Source: a virus (lineage: Duplodnaviria; Caudoviricetes). From it: a DNA stretch of 44,134 nt. Within the stretch, counting starts at the first letter, position 1. Every line of letters begins with the position of its first letter. A program made the translations under genes and the position numbers. The DNA lies in the IMG/VR virus record IMGVR_UViG_3300017780_007189, positions 1 to 44,134 of that record. One strand, written 5' to 3'. Positions 35,536 to 44,134 of this stretch are shown one piece after another. Under the pieces are notes generated by a model, which was given only the letters and a program-made list of their open reading frames with translations, made no database searches and was not told the origin of the DNA.

Positions 35536-36342
35536 CTAGTTTTCTCTTTCTAATTGCTTTCTTCGTTTTTCTAGCTTTTCTTGAGTCTCTTGAATCTCTA
35601 GTAATTCAAGCTTTGTTCTATATTCCCTAGCACTACTTGTATTTAGCTTAGGCCATCTCTTTTGAGCATCGTATGAGATGTATATGAACAAGCCCATCAT
35701 AACAAACACTACGATAAGGAAACCAATACCAGCAGCAATATCAAGCTGGTAATGTCTCATCCTATCAGTTCTTCGTTTAGCCTTGATAGCATCCTGTTGC
35801 ATTTGTTTAGCAATGAGAATCTTTTGCTCAGCGCCTAAAGCTCTAGTCATCTTTTCAACATCAGTGAATAGTGCACCAAGCTCGGGTGGGCTTTGGTATA
35901 TCATTAGCTCACGAAGCTCTGTACCCATTGCCTCTAATTGCTTTTGCATTAGGACACGTTGGAGGGCTCGTTTAGCAAGACTTGCGTCACCAGTATATAC
36001 AGTGGTCTTACTTTTTATTTCTTCTTGTTCCAGAACTGCAAGACACTTGAAGTAGTTGTCATAGTATGCACCGAGAGCTTCACCAATCTCTGTATAGATA
36101 TTTGTTGTCTCGCCACTGCGTTTGTTCAATTCAACGACGCGACTTTTTTCTTCTATTAGTTGTTTTTTGGCTTCAGGACTAGCTGGTTTGTCCTGATGCG
36201 CTTTATTGAATTGGTCGTCAAGGTCCTTCAGTACTCCCTTGACGTCCCCAGCAGCACTCTTAATGTCTTTATAGAGTTGGCATCCTTTTTTAACTGCAGC
36301 AACAGCTCCGTTTGCCAAAGCAAACAGTGTAAATGGATCCAT
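35536..36342 (-). CDS. Coiled-coil membrane-anchored protein
   Basis: MDPFTLFALANGAVAA start, helical body and a TM segment near residues 203-222. Confidence 0.8.
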   Translation of the reverse strand: MDPFTLFALANGAVAAVKKGCQLYKDIKSAAGDVKGVLKDLDDQFNKAHQDKPASPEAKKQLIEEKSRVVELNKRSGETTNIYTEIGEALGAYYDNYFKCLAVLEQEEIKSKTTVYTGDASLAKRALQRVLMQKQLEAMGTELRELMIYQSPPELGALFTDVEKMTRALGAEQKILIAKQMQQDAIKAKRRTDRMRHYQLDIAAGIGFLIVVFVMMGLFIYISYDAQKRWPKLNTSSAREYRTKLELLEIQETQEKLEKRRKQLEREN

Positions 36343-36402
36343 TTTAGGTCATGAGTAGTTCCCATGACGAAATCAATCTAGACATTAAGTATCTCCAATT
36401 TG

Positions 36403-36431
36403 TTGACATTGAAAGGATTATGATGTACAAT
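36403..36431 (+). promoter_or_regulatory. Sigma70-type promoter
   Basis: TTGACA (36403-36408), 17 nt spacer, TACAAT (36426-36431); shares TGATGTACAAT with the promoter at 6993. Confidence 0.75.
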
Positions 36432-36507
36432 CAAATCCTCTATTTCCTGATATTTATGCATTCTGAAACGCATATATAATAAACCTTAATCTTATTAATG
36501 AACTAAC

Positions 36508-37470
36508 ATGGAACTTAAAATGGAAACAAATGAGCTTGCCCAGAACGCAAAGGGTGGCACAGAGCTTATGCAAGAAGCTCTATATAACCAACTACCTGAA
36601 GACCTGTTACAGTACTTTCAAATCATACCTTCTCGCGTTCGTGAAGTAGATGATAGCAAGATTAAAATATATTGGCTTCATGATTTACCGGGTGACCCTG
36701 AATCTGAACACTTGAAGCAAGGTGGATGGAATAAGTTTGATAAGTTGGTGTTTGTGTCCAACTGGCAAATGCAAGCATACCAGAAGCATTACGGTCTTCC
36801 TTGGCATAAGTGTGTTGTTCTTCACAACGCAATCGAACCAATTCCGTATGTTGAAAAACCAAAAGACAAGATCAAGCTGATTTATCATACAACACCTCAT
36901 CGTGGCCTCAACATCCTGGTCTCAGTGTTTGACAATTTATGCAAAGAGTTTGACAACATTGAGCTTGAGGTGTACTCCAGCTTCAAGATATACGGTTGGG
37001 AACAACGAGACGAGCCATACAAAGAGTTGTTTGACTATTGTAGAGCTCATCCAAAGATCAACTATCACGGATCTGTTCCTAACTCTGAAATCAGAACAGC
37101 ACTTCAACAAGCCCACATCTATGCATATCCCAATATCTGGCAAGAGACGTCATGTATCAGTCTTTTGGAAGCAATGTCAGCTGGTTTAATGTGTGTCCAT
37201 CCAAATTATGGTGCGTTGTACGAAACATCATCCAACTGGACTTGGATGTATCAGTGGCATGAAAACACAAAAGACCATGCTAAGATCTTCTATGAGTTGA
37301 CTTCTAATGCAATTAGGTTGTACAATCACGAAGATACAGCCAAGACACTACAAGCTCAAAAAGCATATACTGATGCATTCTATGGTTGGCATAATAGAAA
37401 GAATCAATGGCGGAACTTACTTGTATCAATGTTAGCAGATCACAAACGAATTAATTATCCACTAAAATGA
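36508..37470 (+). CDS. GT-B glycosyltransferase (GT4-like)
   Basis: GGTE, WLHD, FVSNWQ, HNAI, RGL, ETSCISLLEAMSAG, GALYE. Confidence 0.85.
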   Translation: MELKMETNELAQNAKGGTELMQEALYNQLPEDLLQYFQIIPSRVREVDDSKIKIYWLHDLPGDPESEHLKQGGWNKFDKLVFVSNWQMQAYQKHYGLPWHKCVVLHNAIEPIPYVEKPKDKIKLIYHTTPHRGLNILVSVFDNLCKEFDNIELEVYSSFKIYGWEQRDEPYKELFDYCRAHPKINYHGSVPNSEIRTALQQAHIYAYPNIWQETSCISLLEAMSAGLMCVHPNYGALYETSSNWTWMYQWHENTKDHAKIFYELTSNAIRLYNHEDTAKTLQAQKAYTDAFYGWHNRKNQWRNLLVSMLADHKRINYPLK

Positions 37471-38315
37471 TTCTCGTAGACTTCAATCAGGTTTGTATAT
37501 CTAACCTGATGGCTCAAATAGGTAACCATACCGAGTTAGCCGTGCAGGAGGATCTTGTTCGTCACATGATCCTCAATTCACTTCGTCTATACAAACAAAA
37601 GTTTGGTGTAGTTTACGGTCCTATGATTATTGCTTGCGATGATAAGAATTACTGGCGCAAGTCATTATTCCCCTACTATAAGGCTGGTCGCAAGAAGATG
37701 AGAGAAGATAGTGATATTGATTGGTCTTCTTTGTTTGAGATACTTAATAAAATAAGACAGGAGATTAAAGATAATCTTCCTTACATTGTTCTTCATGTAG
37801 AGACTGCTGAAGCAGATGATATCATTGCAACTCTTGCAATGGAGACAACAGAGGATGTCCTTATTCTCTCAGCAGACAAGGACTTCATTCAGCTGCATAA
37901 CCCAAGAGTAATTCAGTTTGATCCTATTCGCAAAAAAAATATCAAGGTTGATAGACCTGACCTTTATTTGAAAGAGCTTGTAATAAGAGGTGATAGTGGA
38001 GACGGTGTTCCAAATGCAATGTCACCTGATAATACATTAGTTGATGGCATTAGACAAAAGAAAATAATGAAAGCCAAGCTAGACGAGTGGGTGAAGTTGG
38101 ATTGGGATCAGTTGTTTGAAATCCCTGAATTCAAGATTGGAATTGTAAGAAACAAGAAGCTGATTGACTTGACAGAGATTCCTGACAATATTACTAATGC
38201 TATTCTTGAGCAGTATAACCGATCACGTGATAATCCCAAGAAAATAAATATTATAAATTACTTTCAGCAACATAAATTATCTTCGTTAATGGAGAATGTA
38301 AATGACTTTTTATAG
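37467..38315 (+). CDS. rnh: T4 RNase H (5'-3' exonuclease, FEN-like)
   Basis: LVDFNQ, YWRK..FPYYKAGR, EADDII, SADKDFIQL, GDSGDGVPN. Confidence 0.93.
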   Translation: MILVDFNQVCISNLMAQIGNHTELAVQEDLVRHMILNSLRLYKQKFGVVYGPMIIACDDKNYWRKSLFPYYKAGRKKMREDSDIDWSSLFEILNKIRQEIKDNLPYIVLHVETAEADDIIATLAMETTEDVLILSADKDFIQLHNPRVIQFDPIRKKNIKVDRPDLYLKELVIRGDSGDGVPNAMSPDNTLVDGIRQKKIMKAKLDEWVKLDWDQLFEIPEFKIGIVRNKKLIDLTEIPDNITNAILEQYNRSRDNPKKINIINYFQQHKLSSLMENVNDFL

Positions 38316-38320
38316 GAAAT

Positions 38321-38740
38321 ATGATGAAACTAGGTCTAGCTGAGATACTTAAGAAAACTTCTGAGTTTGAGAAGAAGCAAGAAAAAATAGATTATTTAAA
38401 CAAATGGGACAGTGCAGCATTGAGAGCATTGCTCAAGTATGCATATGATCCAAAGGTCAAGTTCCTTTTACCCGAAGGAGCACCACCATACAAAGTAAAC
38501 GATCTACCGGATCTTCAAAGTGTATTCTATAGCGAGCTTCGTAAGTTGTATTTGTTTATTGAGGGTGGTAATCCCAGTCTCAAGCAAACACGAAGAGAAT
38601 ATTTATTTGTACAAATGCTAGAGAACCTAGATAAGGAAGATGCGGAGTTGCTTTTAGCTATCAAAGATAAAAAGATTCCTTACAAGGGAATTACCAAGAA
38701 GTTTGTAGAAGAAATGTTTCCAGGACTATTAGAGGGATAA
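38321..38740 (+). CDS. Conserved T4-like-phage hypothetical protein
   Basis: LLPEGAPPY...RREYLFVQMLE.L...DAELL..IKDK. Confidence 0.75.
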   Translation: MMKLGLAEILKKTSEFEKKQEKIDYLNKWDSAALRALLKYAYDPKVKFLLPEGAPPYKVNDLPDLQSVFYSELRKLYLFIEGGNPSLKQTRREYLFVQMLENLDKEDAELLLAIKDKKIPYKGITKKFVEEMFPGLLEG

Positions 38741-38929
38741 ATGGGTAAGACGAATAAACAGTTTCGCACGTTAGATGAGAAACAACATCACGTTTTTAAA
38801 GCTATCAAGAAAGAAAAGTTCGACAGGTCTGTTCGAGACATAGATAGAGCTCTACAAAATAAAAAGTATGAGCACTTCTATGATGATGTAGATTCAAAAA
38901 ACAAAAAGGAGTACGATGATGCAAGGTAA
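38741..38929 (+). CDS. Small hypothetical protein
   Basis: 62 aa charged ORF with SD GAGG. Confidence 0.6.
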   Translation: MGKTNKQFRTLDEKQHHVFKAIKKEKFDRSVRDIDRALQNKKYEHFYDDVDSKNKKEYDDAR

Positions 38930-39143
38930 CTGGTTTTGGAATAACAAGGTAATGGATGCAATCGAGAAAGGTCTTCTCAACCTGACCCACTGGATCTGGG
39001 CAAAGCGTCACAGCTCAACTGAAATTGAACAAATTCCTACTCCTACTGTAAAGGTAGAAGAAGTTCCAGTTGAAAAGAAACCAGCAGCAAAAAGACCTGC
39101 ATCTAAAAAAGCACCTAAAGGCAGTGACTGGTCAGTAAAGTAA
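38916..39143 (+). CDS. Small hypothetical protein
   Basis: SD AAGGAG; Trp-rich N-terminus and Lys/Pro-rich tail. Confidence 0.65.
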   Translation: MMQGNWFWNNKVMDAIEKGLLNLTHWIWAKRHSSTEIEQIPTPTVKVEEVPVEKKPAAKRPASKKAPKGSDWSVK

Positions 39144-39144
39144 T

Positions 39145-39441
39145 ATGGCTACCTACACGTTTCGAAATAAAGAAACAAATGAAGTTTTTAATCATTCAAT
39201 GAGAATGTCTGAATATGATTCGTATATGGAAAGTAATCCTAGTGTTGAAAGATACTACACACCTGGTGATGCAATGAATATTGTCTCTGGTGTTGGAGGA
39301 ATCAAAACCGATAATGGATTCAAAGAAGTGTTGTCTAAGGTCGCAGAGGCTCATCCTAACAGCAATCTGGCTGACAGGACATTATCCAGGTCTGTAAGAG
39401 AACATCAGATTGATAGAGTAGTAAACAAATACAGATCATAA
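39145..39441 (+). CDS. Conserved hypothetical protein (FmdB-like N-terminus without Cys)
   Basis: MATYTFRNKETNE...GFKEVLSKVAEAHP. Confidence 0.7.
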   Translation: MATYTFRNKETNEVFNHSMRMSEYDSYMESNPSVERYYTPGDAMNIVSGVGGIKTDNGFKEVLSKVAEAHPNSNLADRTLSRSVREHQIDRVVNKYRS

Positions 39442-39442
39442 A

Positions 39443-40099
39443 TTGAGAAACAAATACTTTGAGCATAAGCCACTTCCTCGTCTTGAGATTCCAAGAACAG
39501 AGATAGATGGTAAGAGATACTATGTCACACCAAACGGTGACAAGTATAGATCGGTCACAACAATCCTCTCTCATCTATCCAAAGATGGAATCCAGAAATG
39601 GAGAAACAAGATTGGTGAGGAAGAAGCAAATAAGATTTCAACCAAAGCATCGACAAGAGGAACAAAGCTCCATACAATGATGGAAGACTATGTGGCCAAC
39701 ATCGAGGACTTTGCGTTGAACAAAATGCCAACAACAACATCACTATTCCTGGACATTCAACCATATGTTGACAATAACTTGGAAGAAGTGTATGGTATCG
39801 AATATCCGTTGTATTCCGATAGATTGAGAGCTGCTGGTACAACGGATCTGATTTGCAAATATGACGGCAAATACACAATCCTAGACTATAAGACATCGGG
39901 TAAGCCGAAGCTGGAGAAGTGGATTGAGAATTACTTTATCCAATCAACTGCTTATGCTCTTATGTGTAAGGAGAGGTATGATCTTGATATTGAGCAAATT
40001 GTAATTTTGATTGCTGTTGATGGTGACCTGCCTCAGGTCTTTGTGAAAGATCCAAAAGATTATGTTAAAAGAACTATTGAAGTGTTCGATACTTATTAG
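39443..40099 (+). CDS. PD-(D/E)xK exonuclease
   Basis: SVTTIL, RGTKLH, E..L, AGTTD, ILDYKTS, YFIQSTAYA; TTG start. Confidence 0.88.
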   Translation: MRNKYFEHKPLPRLEIPRTEIDGKRYYVTPNGDKYRSVTTILSHLSKDGIQKWRNKIGEEEANKISTKASTRGTKLHTMMEDYVANIEDFALNKMPTTTSLFLDIQPYVDNNLEEVYGIEYPLYSDRLRAAGTTDLICKYDGKYTILDYKTSGKPKLEKWIENYFIQSTAYALMCKERYDLDIEQIVILIAVDGDLPQVFVKDPKDYVKRTIEVFDTY

Positions 40100-40493
40100 T
40101 GTTGTTGGCTGTTCCTCTGTACCTAAGGAGGATCATGGTTCAGTATTGATGGAGGATGTTATTGTAGAAAGAACAACAGTTCGCTCTACTACTCAGAATC
40201 CAAAACCAAAGTCTACAGGTGGGGTTCACATCAGCGGAGACAATATCAATATAGGTACCATCATTGTCAACTCTCCGAATGCAGTTGTAGATAATTCTAC
40301 AAGAGTTGTCGCTGTCAACCAGCAACAAAACAACAACACTGGAAAATCTACAACTAGCAATGGTTTTGTAGAATTTCATCATAATCCTCCTCCTAATCAA
40401 TATTACAACAACGATGCAAACTTCTTCAAGGGTGTGGATCAATTATTAATTAAACTACTTCCGAGTGCTCTTACTTCAAATCTTGGAAGATAA
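40062..40493 (+). CDS. Putative lipoprotein
   Basis: Lipobox-like VVGC; Asn/Gln-rich body. Confidence 0.6.
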   Translation: MLKELLKCSILISVVGCSSVPKEDHGSVLMEDVIVERTTVRSTTQNPKPKSTGGVHISGDNINIGTIIVNSPNAVVDNSTRVVAVNQQQNNNTGKSTTSNGFVEFHHNPPPNQYYNNDANFFKGVDQLLIKLLPSALTSNLGR

Positions 40494-40501
40494 ATATATG
40501 A

Positions 40502-41254
40502 ATGCTGACCAAATACAAATCAATTTTCATCTCAGATGTTCATCTTGGTACAAGGGACTCAAAGGCTGAATCCCTTTCTCAGTTCTTAAGAGACAGTTCA
40601 TGTGATACACTCTACCTTGTTGGAGATATTATCGATGGTTGGAGAATACAACAAAACAAGTGGAGATGGAAGCAATCCCATACCAATGTTGTCAGAAAGA
40701 TTCTTGGTTACGCCAAGAAAGGAACTCGGGTTGTATTTGTTGTTGGTAACCATGATGAGTTTCTAAGACCTCTTATACCGTTCGGAATAGGATTCGGAAG
40801 AGTAGAGATATGCAACCAGTGTGAGCATATAGGTATTGATGGCAAGCATTACCTCGTCACTCACGGCGATCTATTCGACGGCATCACTCGTCTGGCACCA
40901 TGGATATCACTTCTAGGAGATAAAGCATATGATTTCATTCTTAGACTCAACACTAGTATTAATTGGATTCGTAATCATTTTGGTTTTAGGTACTTTAGCC
41001 TTAGCCAGTTCCTTAAACTCAAAGTCAAAAAAGCAGTAGATTTCATCTTTCAATTCGAAAAGAATATGGTTTTATACTGCAAGAAAAGAGGATTTGATGG
41101 TGTGATATGTGGCCACATTCATCATCCGGAGATTAAGATAATCGATGACATTGTATATATGAATGATGGTGACTGGGTTGAGTCATGCTCTGCTCTTGTT
41201 GAACACCATGATGGGAGATGGGAAATTATATATCAACCGGGGAGTCAGATATGA
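40502..41254 (+). CDS. Calcineurin-like metallophosphoesterase, LpxH/PlcP-like
   Basis: SDVHLG, VGDIIDGW, GNHD, THGD, CGHIH, YMNDGDWVES. Confidence 0.88.
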   Translation: MLTKYKSIFISDVHLGTRDSKAESLSQFLRDSSCDTLYLVGDIIDGWRIQQNKWRWKQSHTNVVRKILGYAKKGTRVVFVVGNHDEFLRPLIPFGIGFGRVEICNQCEHIGIDGKHYLVTHGDLFDGITRLAPWISLLGDKAYDFILRLNTSINWIRNHFGFRYFSLSQFLKLKVKKAVDFIFQFEKNMVLYCKKRGFDGVICGHIHHPEIKIIDDIVYMNDGDWVESCSALVEHHDGRWEIIYQPGSQI

Positions 41255-41382
41255 AGATTAATAAAATATTAAAGAAGATGTACGAAGCTTGCATTAATCA
41301 CAACAAAGTACAAGAAAAGAAGATGTGGGTCAAGGCATTGAAGAAGTCATTCCAGCATAAAAATACATATGCAATTAAGTGA
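41251..41382 (+). CDS. 43 aa basic peptide (not in the ORF track)
   Basis: SD GGGAG and ATGA coupling; MKINKILKKMYEACINHNK... Confidence 0.55.
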   Translation: MKINKILKKMYEACINHNKVQEKKMWVKALKKSFQHKNTYAIK

Positions 41383-42079
41383 TAAAATTACAATTGTGAT
41401 TCCTTGCAAGAACGAGGAAGATTACATATCAAAATTGCTATGGCATTTGCGACCACAGATGATTGGTAGTACAAGAATCATTATTGCAGATTGTTCTACA
41501 GACCGTACTAGGGATGTTATTGAGGCAAACAAGGGTAGATTGAATATTGAAGTCATCGATGGTGGACCTGTCAGCTTTGCTAAGAACAGTGGTGCTAAGT
41601 TGGTTACTACTCCGTACATTTTATTCATTGACGCTGATGTTCGTTTCTTTAATGATAATACTATTCGAGACGCAGTAGCAGAGTTAGAATCCAATGACCT
41701 AGATCTGATTGGTTTAAATATCAAATGTTACGATGATGATGTACGAGCAAAGGTTGGGTTTGCATTGTTCAACTTTGTAAACAACATCCTAAAATACTTC
41801 TCACCTTTTGCTGTTGGTGCGTTCATGCTTACTCGAAGAGATAGGTTTGAGCAGCTTGGAGGATTTCCAGAAAAGTTCTCTACATCCGAGGATTACTTTT
41901 TATCAAGAATGTATAGTCCAAAGAAGTTCAAGATTATGAAACATTACTTTGGTCAGGATAGTCGCAGGTTCAAGAAGATGGGATACTTTGGTATGGTGAC
42001 ATATCTTGTAAAGAACTTTATTAATCGTAACAACAAACAGTATTGGGATAATATAGACAGCAGTCGCTACTGGTCGTGA
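41369..42079 (+). CDS. GT2-family glycosyltransferase
   Basis: IVIPCKNEE, IIADCSTD, LFIDAD (DxD), GGF...EDYF, DSRRF. Confidence 0.88.
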   Translation: MQLSDKITIVIPCKNEEDYISKLLWHLRPQMIGSTRIIIADCSTDRTRDVIEANKGRLNIEVIDGGPVSFAKNSGAKLVTTPYILFIDADVRFFNDNTIRDAVAELESNDLDLIGLNIKCYDDDVRAKVGFALFNFVNNILKYFSPFAVGAFMLTRRDRFEQLGGFPEKFSTSEDYFLSRMYSPKKFKIMKHYFGQDSRRFKKMGYFGMVTYLVKNFINRNNKQYWDNIDSSRYWS

Positions 42080-42082
42080 TAC

Positions 42083-42439
42083 ATGGCTGGAAGACCAAGA
42101 AAACCAATAGTTGAAAAGGAATGTCCTCGCTGTTCAACTAAGCATACCAAACGAGGACAATACTGCTGCTACAGCTGTGCAAATGTTCGTGTACATAGTG
42201 CACTCGATAAGATGAACAAATCTTTATCTGTCAGCACATACTACAAGACCTCTGACAAAGCCGAAATGCACATTTGGCAAAGCACCGAGCGTATCAATGC
42301 TGCTCGAGCATCAAAAACAGATGCAACAATCGTTATGCCCACCCGAGAAGATATCGAACCAGCTCTCCCCCCAATGGAAAGTGAGTATGACTACTCCAAT
42401 CGTCGCAGCGGCCGCGACATATGGTTCGATGTAGACTGA
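42083..42439 (+). CDS. Zinc-finger hypothetical protein
   Basis: AGRPRK (AT-hook-like) and CPRC...YCCYSC. Confidence 0.65.
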   Translation: MAGRPRKPIVEKECPRCSTKHTKRGQYCCYSCANVRVHSALDKMNKSLSVSTYYKTSDKAEMHIWQSTERINAARASKTDATIVMPTREDIEPALPPMESEYDYSNRRSGRDIWFDVD

Positions 42440-42461
42440 AAAAAGTGGCTATATCACTCTA

Positions 42462-42499
42462 GTTGTGCCGAACCTCAATCCGTTGTATACTGGGGTCAT
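42462..42499 (+). promoter_or_regulatory. Phage early promoter, copy 1
   Basis: TTGTGC (42463-42468), 17 nt spacer, TATACT (42486-42491), then GGGGTCAT. Confidence 0.75.
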
Positions 42500-42517
42500 A
42501 GCAAACAAGGAGTCTAT

Positions 42518-42652
42518 ATGAAGCAGATTGATTTTATAGAAGAGATGAATGCAGTGATGGACCAGATCGAGATTATGATTCTGGACAATGATCCAGCATA
42601 TCTCAACTGGTTGGAAAGCCAGTATGAGACAGAATGTGAGTTTGACCGATGA
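42518..42652 (+). CDS. 44 aa acidic early protein (not in the ORF track)
   Basis: SD AAGGAG; MKQIDFIEEMNAVMDQIE... Confidence 0.7.
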   Translation: MKQIDFIEEMNAVMDQIEIMILDNDPAYLNWLESQYETECEFDR

Positions 42653-42816
42653 TCAATCCTATTCCTAAGTGCGAGATCTGGAACACTCCAGATAGTATGG
42701 AGCAGTTGGATGAGATGATCCAGCAACTCCCAACCCTCCAACGAGCTCTCGTTTACAATCATGTAATGATGACGCTCAACCTTTGTCATAAATTAGTGAA
42801 AGACGAAAATGCCTAG
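42649..42816 (+). CDS. 55 aa early protein (not in the ORF track)
   Basis: ATGA-coupled; MINPIPKCEIWNTPDSMEQL... Confidence 0.65.
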   Translation: MINPIPKCEIWNTPDSMEQLDEMIQQLPTLQRALVYNHVMMTLNLCHKLVKDENA

Positions 42817-43009
42817 TATGTCATATTGTGCGTTCGAGAATACTTCTGGTGACTTGAGCCAGTGTCTTAATAAAATGAGCGATGCTACTACTATTGATGA
42901 TCTCGATATGAATGAGTATGAGCAACGTGCCTTTCGTGATTTGTATGAGCAGTGTCAAGAGTATATCTGGCGATACAAAGAACTTGCTGCAGAATTTATT
43001 GAGGAGTGA
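42809..43009 (+). CDS. Small acidic early protein
   Basis: MSYCAFENT..DL.QC motif. Confidence 0.7.
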   Translation: MPSMSYCAFENTSGDLSQCLNKMSDATTIDDLDMNEYEQRAFRDLYEQCQEYIWRYKELAAEFIEE

Positions 43010-43491
43010 TTATGTATTCAATGACACCTAACGAAGTTAAAGTTATCCATAACGGATTGAGTAATCTTACGACTGCTATAAACGAGTTGGAAGATATCAT
43101 TCATCCTACTCTAATGAAGCGATTGAGAGAGGCTAAGTGTAGTATTGCAAAAGGATTCAAGCCTATTCGTGACCAAGCTGATAAAGAATTCGATGATAAG
43201 GCTAATTTGTTTGATGATATAAAGATGAAGAACAAATTTTCCTCTGTTTGGTCTATCTACGAAGTCGACAATATTTACGGTTATAGCGATATAACTGTAG
43301 GAGAAGATACAGAACTAGTATATCATAATGTTTCTGTTCGTCTTCCTGCAGGTCAGCTAACTTGGTTTGAGTTGTGGAAAGCTGCTGACAAAGTAATTAC
43401 AATGTCTGGAGACGATCATCATTTATTCATTGAGTCGTTTAGACAATCTTCAATTAGTCCTACAATCGTTCTTTTAGGTACAGGGAGCTGA
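43006..43491 (+). CDS. Hypothetical early protein
   Basis: TW.ELWKAAD..I..SGD.HHLFIE.F...GS. Confidence 0.75.
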   Translation: MIMYSMTPNEVKVIHNGLSNLTTAINELEDIIHPTLMKRLREAKCSIAKGFKPIRDQADKEFDDKANLFDDIKMKNKFSSVWSIYEVDNIYGYSDITVGEDTELVYHNVSVRLPAGQLTWFELWKAADKVITMSGDDHHLFIESFRQSSISPTIVLLGTGS

Positions 43492-43492
43492 T

Positions 43493-43606
43493 ATGAATCT
43501 CGAAGACTTCTACTTTGGTCTAGTATGCCTTGCGTCCGTGCTTGTTCTTGCTGTAATGTTAAATTACTTTATGAATTTAATTGACAAGGATGGTAAAGAT
43601 GAATGA
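43493..43606 (+). CDS. 37 aa single-TM peptide (not in the ORF track)
   Basis: SD GGGAG; MNLEDFYFGLVCLASVLVLAVMLNYF... Confidence 0.55.
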   Translation: MNLEDFYFGLVCLASVLVLAVMLNYFMNLIDKDGKDE

Positions 43607-43841
43607 CTGGGACCGAAACAACTTGCATTTCATCTTAGACTCAGATGAAGAGACCTTGACTGACTTTTATTCATGGGCGACTGCCGATGATCTCGAATAT
43701 GCTTTGAAATTAATTAGAGAAGCAAAGTCTGAGTTAGACATTGCAGAGATGGAGTTATTAGATGAAAGCACAGAAGAAAACGGACTCACCGAAGCCCGAG
43801 AAGTCCTCAGCCGATACACCAACATTCCGCTGGAACGATGA
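43599..43841 (+). CDS. Small acidic hypothetical protein
   Basis: MNDWDRNNLHFIL...DDLEYAL. Confidence 0.65.
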   Translation: MNDWDRNNLHFILDSDEETLTDFYSWATADDLEYALKLIREAKSELDIAEMELLDESTEENGLTEAREVLSRYTNIPLER

Positions 43842-44001
43842 AGTTGTAACTGAGCAGCAGTACAATGATCTGGTTGAGGATCATAGACAATGGGTTGCTT
43901 CGTTCATAGAATTTCTTCTTGAAGACATACCTGCTAAGAAGTCCAAGAGGAAATAGCACTTTTTCCTTATAAATTCTTAGCCATAAGTTGTACAAAACAC
44001 C

Positions 44002-44039
44002 GTTGTGTTGTCTGTTGAATCGAGGTATACTGGGGTCAT
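44002..44039 (+). promoter_or_regulatory. Phage early promoter, copy 2
   Basis: TTGTGT (44003-44008), 17 nt spacer, TATACT (44026-44031), then GGGGTCAT. Confidence 0.75.
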
Positions 44040-44057
44040 TGAACAACAGGAGCTAAC

Positions 44058-44134
44058 ATGGAAATTCGCAACATCAACGGTGTATTTGTCGCATTCAACG
44101 CTGCAGGCAAAGAAGTTGCTCGTTCTAAGAACAA
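44058..44134 (+). CDS. Start of an early gene, truncated by the window end
   Basis: SD AGGAG; MEIRNINGVFVAFNAAGKEVARSKN... Confidence 0.6.
   Translation, partial: MEIRNINGVFVAFNAAGKEVARSKN

Noticed and set aside
39443-40099. Cas4 / CRISPR adaptation gene
   Set aside because: It lacks the four-Cys Fe-S arrangement and any array; it is an ordinary phage PD-(D/E)xK exonuclease.
43762-43956. 64 aa ORF overlapping the previous gene
   Set aside because: Its 3' half may be coding, but the start and RBS are unclear and it overlaps the upstream gene by 80 nt, so it was not called.
985-44046. Many short alternate-frame and antisense ORFs in the track (e.g. 31116-31559, 16255-16680, 33405-33620, 42514-42789)
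   Set aside because: They shadow well-supported genes or the tRNA and lack RBS or recognisable motifs.
1-44134. Stop-codon reassignment
   Set aside because: Core genes are full length in the standard code and end in TAA, TAG and TGA; no suppressor tRNA was seen.

Overview
This is a 44 kb segment of a large T4-like (Tevenvirinae/Kyanoviridae-style) myophage genome. It is densely coded, almost all on the + strand, in the standard genetic code. The host is probably Gram-negative, judging from the spanin pair, a beta-barrel protein and an ErpA-like gene. Gene order: gp43 DNA polymerase (split in two by an HNH/NUMOD3 endonuclease), uvsX, gp41 helicase and three peptidases; then a ~10.6 kb late-promoter block of proteins carrying T4 internal-protein-like capsid-targeting leaders; then structural, lysis and envelope genes; gp61 primase, thyX, nrdA...nrdB with accessory genes; a tRNA-Met(CAT) between two GIY-YIG genes; a small minus-strand island; a glycosyltransferase, rnh and an exonuclease; a PlcP/LpxH-like phosphoesterase plus GT2; and the start of an early-promoter region. 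Most notable: (1) a naturally split intein, with a free-standing HNH gene between its halves, inserted right after the KYDG motif of a ligase-like protein that appears capsid-targeted; (2) that protein lies in a His-rich, Cys-free, apparently packaged enzyme set (PD-(D/E)xK nuclease, ligase-like adenylyltransferase, HxGH nucleotidyltransferase); (3) the fractured polymerase; (4) all three mobile endonuclease genes carry a late promoter plus a translation-blocking hairpin. All calls come from reading motifs by eye; no database searches were run.
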